DNA of 32,000 nt from Ignicoccus islandicus DSM 13165 (GTDB lineage Archaea; Thermoproteota; Thermoprotei_A; Sulfolobales; Ignicoccaceae): assembly GCF_001481685.1 (NCBI RefSeq), contig NZ_CP006867.1:60001-92000 (forward strand). The letters run 5' to 3'. The notes below the pieces were generated by a model, which did no database searches, was not told where the DNA came from, and saw nothing but the letters and a program-made list of their open reading frames with translations. Below are positions 7,884 through 15,729 of the stretch, piece after piece. Position numbers and translations under genes: made by a program. Position 1 is the first letter of the stretch, and every line of letters starts with the position of its first letter.

Positions 7884-7902
7884 GCTATATTCTTTAAAAA
7901 CC
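7884..7902. promoter_or_regulatory. Shared back-to-back TATA region for tRNA-Pro (minus) and the Fe-S protein gene (plus)
   Basis: The sequence GCTATATTCTTTAAAAACC is centred about 27 nt upstream of tRNA nucleotide 1 (7866) on the minus strand. It is about 37 nt upstream of the ATG at 7934 on the plus strand. Confidence 0.4.
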
Positions 7903-7933
7903 TATCTGTATGTCTTTCCATTTCGGTAATTAA

Positions 7934-9412
7934 ATGAAAGTACTGGAGCTTTCTAAGTCAGACAAGTTTAATGAAATTCCTAGGGTATCGGCGGACGATC
8001 TAGAAAACACCTTGAAGAGGGAAAGCGTTATAGTAATTGGGAAACTCGAGGAAGTAATGAATTTCGCGAAGAAGCTAGATCTCAACAAATACGTTGAGAG
8101 ACTTTTCATATGCCCAGAAGATCTCTGTCCTGAGGAAGAATTACTTAAGGTGGCCAAAGAAGCAGACAAGTGGATCTATACTTACTCCATAAAATTCGGT
8201 GAACTGCCTAAAGGTAAGGTGTCGAGGAAAGACGTCATCAAATCAATAGTCTCAATTTCGACTAAGAAGGAATTAGTGAAACTTCCAATAGTAAATGAAG
8301 GGGCGCTTTGTCTCTCACCCTATTGTACTAAATGCAAAGACGTGTGTAAATGGGAAGCCATAAGGTTGAGGGATAACTACGTTTCGATTGATCCCGATAA
8401 ATGCGTTTCGTGTGGTGATTGCGTTGCCGTATGTCCTCAAAGGGTTCTTTCCATGCCCGGTTTCGATGACAGGGCACTAGGTCGTTTAGAAAACGTCAAG
8501 AAGATATGGTTGTTGGAGCCAAGTGAAATCTTCCCGGAAGCGTTTTCGAAAGAGAGTCTAGTTCTCTTTTGGAACCCCCGAGATGAGTTAGTGAAAATAC
8601 TCCGATCCCTCGGTTTCGAGGTATGCTACGGAGGCGAATGTTACGAAGAGTTACCGGAAAAGCTTTCCAATTGCAAGTTCGTTCAATTGATCGATGATCA
8701 GCACGTAAAGAGACTTCGGATTAGAGGCTGGCCCGGTTCTTATAAGGTTAAGATAGATGAGAAGCTTTGCACCTTCTGTTTGCAGTGCGTAAACGTTTGC
8801 CCAACTCATGCTCTCGAACACGTTTTCTTGGATCCAGTTAGGAAATCTATACAGTTTTACCCCTCTAATTGCATAGGTTGCGAGGCATGCGTTAATGCAT
8901 GTCCTCCTAACAAAGGAATAATTGAGATGGGAATTGATACAATAAGAGTCATTGAACTCGAGGAGGCGAACGAGAGCGAATGTAACTCAGAGACCTTGGT
9001 TACTGAAGGGGGGAAGGAATTCCAATGCTTCCTTTGCGGGAAACCGATCGACGTATCTCCTAGCTCGTTCATAGAGCTCTACAATACTCTCAAGACCCTC
9101 TCTACAATTGCAATGGATTCGATAGACTTGGAGACCTTATATTCAGCGCTGCTGCCCTTGTTGCAGACAATAGCATGTAATGAATGCTCAGATAAGTTAG
9201 CTATGGTAATTAATGAGAAGGCGAAGAAGGCTATACTTAGGTTGGCCTTACTCTACCTATCCTGTATATACCGGAGAAAGAGGCTGATACCGGGAGACCC
9301 CCTCGAAATCGAAGACTTGGTTGAGAAGCTGGGTCTGAGCACCATTAATGATCCTTGTTACGAGTGGGAACGAAGAATAGAGCTATTTAAAGTCGACGAT
9401 TTGATAACTTGA
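7934..9412 (+). CDS. Uncharacterised multi-[4Fe-4S] (polyferredoxin-like) protein with a C-terminal CxxC...CxxC zinc-ribbon-like module
   Basis: There are four cluster motifs arranged as two dicluster domains. The first is CLSPYCTKCKDVC + CVSCGDCVAVCP. The second is CTFCLQCVNVCP + CIGCEACVNACP. The C-terminal module is CFLCGKP-x45-CNEC. The N-terminal ~120 aa and the linker regions show no motif I recognise. Confidence 0.7.
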   Translation: MKVLELSKSDKFNEIPRVSADDLENTLKRESVIVIGKLEEVMNFAKKLDLNKYVERLFICPEDLCPEEELLKVAKEADKWIYTYSIKFGELPKGKVSRKDVIKSIVSISTKKELVKLPIVNEGALCLSPYCTKCKDVCKWEAIRLRDNYVSIDPDKCVSCGDCVAVCPQRVLSMPGFDDRALGRLENVKKIWLLEPSEIFPEAFSKESLVLFWNPRDELVKILRSLGFEVCYGGECYEELPEKLSNCKFVQLIDDQHVKRLRIRGWPGSYKVKIDEKLCTFCLQCVNVCPTHALEHVFLDPVRKSIQFYPSNCIGCEACVNACPPNKGIIEMGIDTIRVIELEEANESECNSETLVTEGGKEFQCFLCGKPIDVSPSSFIELYNTLKTLSTIAMDSIDLETLYSALLPLLQTIACNECSDKLAMVINEKAKKAILRLALLYLSCIYRRKRLIPGDPLEIEDLVEKLGLSTINDPCYEWERRIELFKVDDLIT

Positions 9413-9452
9413 TATTAAGGTTCCTCGAGACGTTCAAGACGGTAGATAGTAT

Positions 9453-10739
9453 ATGGCTGGAATAGCGGGCGTCTTGGCGTTTGACCCGGCATGGAACGTT
9501 GCTAGGTTCAATTATTACTCTTTGTTAGCTCTCCAGCATAGGGGACAAGAAGAAGCTTGTATGTTTGTTAGCGACGGTACCAAGATAGAGTGGATTTGTG
9601 GGAAGGGTTTCGTGGATGAAGTTCTCCCTAGAGCTACTGAACTTCCGGGTTGGGCTTCCATTGGAGGCGTCTGGAGCGAAGTGCCCGGATACTACGGTTT
9701 CGCGGAAGGAGACGTTGAGGTCGCGGTAGTAGTGGATGGTAGAATATTTAACGGAACCCCGAAGGACGTGGCTACTGAAATTTCTATGGCAAGGAGCGAG
9801 GGAGTGAGCGGCGTCGAACTCGCTGAGAAGGTCTTAAGGAAATTCAAAGGTACCTTTTCGCTCTTAGCGCTCACTTCCGAAGGAGAAATTATCGCTTATA
9901 GGTCACCCCCAGGCTTGAGGCCGCTTCAGTTAGGTGGGTTCGGTTTCGATATGGCCGTTTTCGCTACGGAAAGCGTTGCCTTCGACGTAATCGGTGCTGA
10001 CCTAAAGAAGGACTTCGACGCAGCAGAAGCTATTTACGTTAATCAACTGGTAATGGAAAGGAGGAAGCTCTATAACGTTCAGAAGAAACTATGTGTGTTC
10101 GAATATATATACAACGCGAGACCCGATAGCGTGATTGATGGTATAGAAGTATATAAGGTTAGAGAGAGACTTGGAAGAGAACTCGCTAAATTATATCCCA
10201 GAGACGTGGACGCGGTCGTTGGAGTTCCCGAAACGGCCCTACCCTTCGCTATCGGATATTCTAAGGAATCTGGAAAACCGTACGACATGGGCTTCGTTGC
10301 TACTGGGAGGAAGGCACGCACAGCGATAAGAGTTAACCTTATGGAAAGGGTCATAGGAGTTCAATTGAAGCTCAATCCAATAAGATCTGTATTTAGAAGA
10401 AAGAGGGTGTTAATAATAGATGATAGCGTAGTCAGGGGCTTAACCCTAAAGACAGTCATTCAAACGCTAAGAAACAGAGTTGGTGCCGTTTCAGTTGACG
10501 TACTTATTGGAAGTCCCAAGATCATTTCGGAATGCAGGTACGGAGTCGAAGTACCGCCAGCGGATCAATTAATAGCTTCCCAAATGTCTGATGAAGAGAT
10601 AGCTAGGTACATTGGTGCCAGGAGCATTAACTGGCTACCTCCCGAGAAGTTACCGGAAATAATTGGCGTCGATGAGTCTCAACTCTGTATGGGTTGCTTT
10701 ACCGGGAAATATCCCGTTGAGACCGAAGAAGGAAAGTGA
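9453..10739 (+). CDS. Amidophosphoribosyltransferase (PurF)-like protein with a degenerate glutaminase domain (Cys1 replaced by Ala)
   Basis: The N-terminus is MAGIAGV where PurF has MCGI(V/F)G. LQHRGQE is retained, but the HNG oxyanion motif reads VDGRIFNG. The PRTase loop VLIIDDSVVRGLT is retained. All four Fe-S ligand contexts are retained (CVFEYIY, ECRYGVE, CMGCFTGKYP). Confidence 0.8.
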   Translation: MAGIAGVLAFDPAWNVARFNYYSLLALQHRGQEEACMFVSDGTKIEWICGKGFVDEVLPRATELPGWASIGGVWSEVPGYYGFAEGDVEVAVVVDGRIFNGTPKDVATEISMARSEGVSGVELAEKVLRKFKGTFSLLALTSEGEIIAYRSPPGLRPLQLGGFGFDMAVFATESVAFDVIGADLKKDFDAAEAIYVNQLVMERRKLYNVQKKLCVFEYIYNARPDSVIDGIEVYKVRERLGRELAKLYPRDVDAVVGVPETALPFAIGYSKESGKPYDMGFVATGRKARTAIRVNLMERVIGVQLKLNPIRSVFRRKRVLIIDDSVVRGLTLKTVIQTLRNRVGAVSVDVLIGSPKIISECRYGVEVPPADQLIASQMSDEEIARYIGARSINWLPPEKLPEIIGVDESQLCMGCFTGKYPVETEEGK

Positions 10740-10796
10740 TTCTACGCCAGCGTCCTTTTAAAGAATTAGCTAGTAGCGGAAGCGGAGACGGAACCC

Positions 10797-11219
10797 ATGA
10801 AGCTCGTAGTAATATCTCACGATCCGGATAGCGGAACCAACGTGGTTGTATTAGATAACGAATTGAATAAAGTAGTGAAACTGAAGGCTTTAACAGTTTT
10901 AGAGAACGAATGGAACCCAGATTTAGGTGAGTTCAGCGTACTTAGGGACAATTTAGAACTGGAATATCAGTTACCATTAAAGAAGGAGCAATACGAAGTA
11001 CTGAAGAACTTCAACATGAGGAAAGAAGGCAAAACAGTTAAAGTAAGTATACCTTACTACGTCATCATGTATCCGAAGTACGGATACGAAGGATCCCCCT
11101 ACGTAATATACCTCATTAGTCCTTACTTGGAGGACGCCATAGAGGACTTGAAGGCGTTAGCGCAACAAGCTTCTACGGGCGTGGCACAAGAACCACAAGA
11201 ACTATTAGAAGAGGAATAA
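10797..11219 (+). CDS. Hypothetical protein, 140 aa, with an acidic C-terminal tail (QEPQELLEEE)
   Basis: A clean ORF with an ATG start. Its own TATA-like box CTTTTAAAGAAT lies about 35 nt upstream. No recognisable motif. Confidence 0.5.
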   Translation: MKLVVISHDPDSGTNVVVLDNELNKVVKLKALTVLENEWNPDLGEFSVLRDNLELEYQLPLKKEQYEVLKNFNMRKEGKTVKVSIPYYVIMYPKYGYEGSPYVIYLISPYLEDAIEDLKALAQQASTGVAQEPQELLEEE

Positions 11220-11223
11220 AAAG

Positions 11224-12747
11224 TTACTTCTTCTTATCGGGCTTCTCTTCTGGGTTTATACCAGCTAGTTTGAGAGCTACGTCTTCCATTTCTTCTAACG
11301 GATAGAATCTCCTCATCCATATCCTTTGCGCCTCTGGGCTTCCAGCTCCGTGTACGCTTTCAATAAGGAACTCCACGCTTAACGTTAAGTTCTCTAGAAG
11401 CCTCAGTACCCTGTGTCTCCACTCAGCGGGGTAGTCCGGTAGACACTTCAGGTACTCTTGTAAGTACTTCCCTATCTTTTCGTTGATTAAGTCCTTGTAA
11501 GATGGTAAGGTACCTATTAAGCCGCCGGCGATGTCGTGGGCGAGTCTAGCTATCTCGTATGGGAACCTAGTGACCATCTGCTTCGTTACGTTGGCCATCA
11601 TTTGGTCTACGTAGTAAGTTCCTGAGGCAGCCTTCTTACCTTCCCATGCAGCTGCCAGACCACCGGCGTGCATCGATTCAGTAAGGAATATCATTTCAGT
11701 TAGCTTTTCTCTGATATGGCACTTATTGGCGATTCCCATCTGCTTCGCTAAGTGGTAAGACGCACCTATAATTACGTCCGCTAATCCGGGCTTGCATCCT
11801 CCGTAAGCTTGCCTGTGGTAGCTCGAGAATATCTCAACTAGCTCAGCAGCGAATTGATACTCTCCTAACATGAACACTCTCTCCCAAGGTACGAATACGT
11901 CATCAAAGATTACAATTGCCTCGGCTGGGAAGACGTTGGGTAGAGCATCAACGTCGGGCTTCTCGAACCTCCTCGTATCGTTCGTGTACCTACCGACGAC
12001 TAAGGTCACTCCTTCGGCATCTATCGGTACGGCGAAAGCTACGGCGAAGTCCTTGTCCTTCTCAGTCATGGCCCTCGTTGGCATCACTATCATTTCTTCG
12101 CTCGCTATTACACCAGTTATGTTTGCTTTGGCACCTCTAACTATAATTCCGTCGTCTCTGATTTCCTTTACGTGGACGTAGACGTCCTTATTTGGTTGCT
12201 CATGAGGTCTTAAGCTCCTAACGCCCTTGGCGTCCGTCATTACGCCGGCTAGGGCTATGTCCTCCTTTTGTACGTACTTAAGGAATTTCAGGAACCTCTC
12301 GTAGTAGCTACCGAAGTGCTCGAAGTGATCTGGTTTCTTGCCATGTTTCTTGTACCATTCGTCTATATCGTACGTAATGATGCTTATGGTATTGATTGCG
12401 TCCCAACCAACGCACCTCTGGAAGCACGAACCGGCTTTGTGGGATAACTTTCTGAAGTACTTTACTTTAATAGCTAAGTCCTTCGGGCTTTGATGTATGT
12501 GATTGAACCTGTTTACTTCCTCGTTAATGAATGGAGAGAACGCCCTAGCTAGGTGAACGTCCAGTTCCTTATCGTAGAAGCTGTCGTCCCACGGTGCCTT
12601 GTATGTCCATTCGAACGCCTTAACTGCTGGAAGAGTGAAGGGGTGTTTGGTTACGTCCTCAACCTCTTCGCCTAACACGTAGATCTTCGCTCTCCTCGAC
12701 CTTTCACTTAGCGCTTTTATGTACTCTTCGGGTCTTCTTAGTCCCAC
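11224..12747 (-). CDS. abfD: 4-hydroxybutyryl-CoA dehydratase / vinylacetyl-CoA isomerase (AbfD family)
   Basis: A 507-aa HpaB/AbfD-fold protein. It carries both halves of the AbfD [4Fe-4S] ligand set: C-x3-C (SCFQRC) and H-x6-C (HRQAYGGC). GTG start with GGTG 8 nt upstream. Confidence 0.85.
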   Translation of the reverse strand: MGLRRPEEYIKALSERSRRAKIYVLGEEVEDVTKHPFTLPAVKAFEWTYKAPWDDSFYDKELDVHLARAFSPFINEEVNRFNHIHQSPKDLAIKVKYFRKLSHKAGSCFQRCVGWDAINTISIITYDIDEWYKKHGKKPDHFEHFGSYYERFLKFLKYVQKEDIALAGVMTDAKGVRSLRPHEQPNKDVYVHVKEIRDDGIIVRGAKANITGVIASEEMIVMPTRAMTEKDKDFAVAFAVPIDAEGVTLVVGRYTNDTRRFEKPDVDALPNVFPAEAIVIFDDVFVPWERVFMLGEYQFAAELVEIFSSYHRQAYGGCKPGLADVIIGASYHLAKQMGIANKCHIREKLTEMIFLTESMHAGGLAAAWEGKKAASGTYYVDQMMANVTKQMVTRFPYEIARLAHDIAGGLIGTLPSYKDLINEKIGKYLQEYLKCLPDYPAEWRHRVLRLLENLTLSVEFLIESVHGAGSPEAQRIWMRRFYPLEEMEDVALKLAGINPEEKPDKKK

Positions 12748-12854
12748 AGTTACACCAGCCTATTCAACTGGTAAAGGTACTATATACTTATCTATACATT
12801 TTCCGAGCGCATTGTAATAGGAGCTATATGGAGTAATGTAATGGACGGCGAAAA

Positions 12855-13961
12855 TTGAGAGCCAGATACGAAATGTTAGGGGAAGCAACTTCATGCAATG
12901 AGAAAACGTTAAGCTTGACGATATACTATAATATAGAAAACAGCAAGCATTTACCTACTATATTAGCCGGACTTAAATCCATTTTGGACTTAGATGTAAG
13001 TTGTCACGAAGTAGCGTTAGTTGATAACGGTTCGAGCGACAATACACTCAAAATACTACGGGATTTCAGCCAAAAGTATCGGAACAGTAAAACGGTTCAC
13101 CTAATTAGGATCGGAAGGAACCTAGGCTTCTCTAGAGCTAATAACGTAGCCTACTACGCCTTGAGAGACGAGTACGGTCCCTATGAGTACGTTCTCCTGG
13201 TCAATAACGATGCAATAATACTTAGCGAACCAATCAAGATACTAATATCTATCTTACGAGAATTTGATGGAATTGGTGGCGTTCAAGGCATATTAATTAA
13301 CGAAGACGGAATAGATAGCGGTCCAATGGAATGGGATTACACTTCTTTTCCCTCGCGCCCCCTACTTTCTTGGAAATACGAGAAGAAGCTCGTTCGCTAT
13401 CCTCAAGTCACCCCCTTCCTCGATGGAGCCGTATCAATCTTCAAGGCTAGAGTCTTAGACGAGGTAGGATTCTTTGATCCGTTGAGTTTCATGTACGGCG
13501 ACGACTACGTTCTCGGTGCAAAGATATGGAAGGGGGGTTACGCCCTGCTCTTTGTTCCCGTGATCGTTGGTTATCACAAAAGGAGTGCAACGCTCTCAAG
13601 ATATTCTAACTTGTTCGCGTACTGGAGCTCGTATTACCATTCTTGTGCGGCCATAAGGTATTCCGAGGGAGCTTTTAGGATATGGAATTGCATGGGTATG
13701 TTATGGACAATAGCGAAGTCCCTTTCCGCTTACTTTTTGGAGATGAATGGGAGGCATTTGGATTGGGCTCGTGGCAGAATGGCTTCATTGATAGAATGTC
13801 CCGAGCTATCGCCCAAAGGATTCCCCCAATGGCCCGTCTTAATTGACGATAACCTCGTTTCGTCTATTATAGGGGAATTAACGTCGATCGTTGGAATTAA
13901 TGAAGCGTCTAGGAGGAAGTTGGATAAATTATTAAGGACCTTAAGGGAGCGTCTCGGATAG
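12855..13961 (+). CDS. Family 2 glycosyltransferase
   Basis: VALVDNGSSDNT, RNLGFSRANN, LLVNNDAI and a downstream YGDD (DxD-like), which is a GT-A fold pattern. The start is uncertain (TTG 12855 versus ATG 12870). Confidence 0.8.
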   Translation: MRARYEMLGEATSCNEKTLSLTIYYNIENSKHLPTILAGLKSILDLDVSCHEVALVDNGSSDNTLKILRDFSQKYRNSKTVHLIRIGRNLGFSRANNVAYYALRDEYGPYEYVLLVNNDAIILSEPIKILISILREFDGIGGVQGILINEDGIDSGPMEWDYTSFPSRPLLSWKYEKKLVRYPQVTPFLDGAVSIFKARVLDEVGFFDPLSFMYGDDYVLGAKIWKGGYALLFVPVIVGYHKRSATLSRYSNLFAYWSSYYHSCAAIRYSEGAFRIWNCMGMLWTIAKSLSAYFLEMNGRHLDWARGRMASLIECPELSPKGFPQWPVLIDDNLVSSIIGELTSIVGINEASRRKLDKLLRTLRERLG

Positions 13962-13995
13962 GGGCCCTTAACGAACCCTTCGGAGGCACGCGAAT

Positions 13996-15159
13996 TTGAG
14001 CGAAGGCGATATATTCCTCGATATCTTATTTAAGAGGTTACAGGTTAAGGAGAAGCCTGAACTGAAAGTCCCAAAGATAGGCTTAAAGGAACCCGAAGTA
14101 ACAGTAAATGAAATTGAAAACTTCTATGCTGTTGATGGAGGAGGTGGGCTGGCTAAACTGGATGGAGGAAGAACTTTCTATGTAGCAAGAGCCGTGGCGA
14201 CCTCGAGAGAGGATATAATAAGAGATCTTAGAGCTGAAGTAACCTATTGGCATAGTAAGCCCCTACTCGAAGCGATGAGGAGCGAGGTTGAATTGAAAGT
14301 AGCGCTTAGCGCTCCGGGAAACGCGGTAGTGATGGATGGATCGTACTACACAATGGTCACTAAATGGATGACTCGTATTCTCAGAATAGCACTTATGAGA
14401 GCTAAGCTCTCGGAAATAGTATCTTTTCAACCCACGATATCTGCCTTGAACCTACTGAATGAACTTTTATTGCGTAAAAAGATCGTTTTCATAGCTAAGA
14501 ACCCATCCTTCAAGTTCTTCAAGAACTACTACATATTAAGGAAGATGTACGAAGAAACGGGCGATGAGAAATACTTCTTGCTGATGAAGGAGCCTTTACT
14601 CAATAAGAAGGACTTGTTAACTGAGGCCAAAAGGAAATCGATTAGGGAGTACGTACTACTCTTACTTAACTCTGCCGTAACGGACGCTGATTTACTAGAG
14701 GGCGAAGGCCTCTCTTCAGCGTTAGAGTTACCTTTACCGAAGCAATTGAGGAAATTCGCATCGCCTTCGAAATGGAACGAAGTTTCTAAGATGGCGGCCG
14801 AATATTACGAACTAAGTGTGGGGGAGAGCCCGCGATTCGATCGTTTCAACGTATGTAATCTCAGAGTACCCCGTATCTGGTGGCTGAAAAAGGGAAAGGT
14901 TTTCTTAACTATTGAGGAACTCAGCGAGATATCTATATGCGCGCTAACTTCGATTCGCGAAAGGGAAATCGTCCCGAACTTAGCCCTTAGGATCTTAGGG
15001 AACGAACTGGAGTACCCACCGCTCCTAGAGGTAGCTCACATGCTGAGTACCCTCAGCTCCTCCCAATTGTTAAGCTACGTTAACCTCTTGTCCACTTCAA
15101 TGAACATAGGCATAGATGGTTTGAGGGAAGAATTGATATCCCTTTCGAGATCTAAGTGA
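13996..15159 (+). CDS. NurA-domain-like nuclease (orphan; no HerA partner in the window)
   Basis: The order of acidic motifs is typical of NurA: FYAVDGGGG, then EAMRSEVE, then VVMDGSYY, then TDADLL. The C-terminal YPPLLEVAHMLS matches the NurA xPxxLxxAH motif. 387 aa, TTG start. Confidence 0.55.
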   Translation: MSEGDIFLDILFKRLQVKEKPELKVPKIGLKEPEVTVNEIENFYAVDGGGGLAKLDGGRTFYVARAVATSREDIIRDLRAEVTYWHSKPLLEAMRSEVELKVALSAPGNAVVMDGSYYTMVTKWMTRILRIALMRAKLSEIVSFQPTISALNLLNELLLRKKIVFIAKNPSFKFFKNYYILRKMYEETGDEKYFLLMKEPLLNKKDLLTEAKRKSIREYVLLLLNSAVTDADLLEGEGLSSALELPLPKQLRKFASPSKWNEVSKMAAEYYELSVGESPRFDRFNVCNLRVPRIWWLKKGKVFLTIEELSEISICALTSIREREIVPNLALRILGNELEYPPLLEVAHMLSTLSSSQLLSYVNLLSTSMNIGIDGLREELISLSRSK

Positions 15160-15178
15160 GAAGTGGGGATAGAGCGAA

Positions 15179-15424
15179 TTGGTATTGAACGCTAATTTCC
15201 AAGACTATATAATAGTGGCCAATCCAGGGGACGTAGTGACCCCCTTTCAAAACTTGGCGACTACCGGAATCCTAACGCCTCTACAGAACTTAATACAAAA
15301 CACCATTGCAACTTATACTCCAGAATATATAGTACCGGCAACGATAATGTACGTAATAATATCGATGTTCATACTAGCCTTATTCCTTTACATTGTTACC
15401 AGGATCATTAGTCCGGTGATCTAA
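15179..15424 (+). CDS. Small membrane protein (81 aa, one C-terminal TM) with a tandem TP(F/L)QNL motif
   Basis: It begins 19 nt after the NurA-like stop. Its stop overlaps the next start (TAATG). The hydrophobic segment is ATIMYVIISMFILALFLYIV. The TTG start lowers confidence. Confidence 0.4.
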   Translation: MVLNANFQDYIIVANPGDVVTPFQNLATTGILTPLQNLIQNTIATYTPEYIVPATIMYVIISMFILALFLYIVTRIISPVI

Positions 15425-15729
15425 TGATATATTACGTACCCGAATGGTTTTTGAAGCTCATAGCTGCTCTCTTCACCTTAGGGTTCTGGTACCAATCAAT
15501 TACACTTCTTAGTGCAAACGTGGCCCTCAATGAACCAACGAGGGGTTTCTGTGCGTTTGCGTACGATGCTTGGGCTTTGTTGGTCCTAACGTACGGCGGT
15601 TTCTACTTCACTGCCGTTTCGCTAGGCGTTGCTCCCTTTTCCGACCCCTTCCTCGCCTTCTTCTTCGTTACTACTTTCGCTGCCGGATTGGCCCTTCTTC
15701 CCCTTCTCTTGAACTGTCTCTTTAAATAG
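15424..15729 (+). CDS. Small integral membrane protein (101 aa, three predicted TM helices)
   Basis: ATG start, translationally coupled to the upstream ORF. There are three clear hydrophobic helices; the third lies inside the overlap with the convergent gene. Confidence 0.45.
   Translation: MIYYVPEWFLKLIAALFTLGFWYQSITLLSANVALNEPTRGFCAFAYDAWALLVLTYGGFYFTAVSLGVAPFSDPFLAFFFVTTFAAGLALLPLLLNCLFK

Noticed and set aside
7730-7921. A 63-aa minus-strand ORF in the supplied track (MERHTDRFLKN...GPRGPGFKSRRAHQ).
   Set aside because: It is the translation of the tRNA-Pro gene and its flanks. The GC-rich, Arg/Pro/Gly-rich part coincides exactly with the tRNA (7749-7866), so it is not a protein gene.
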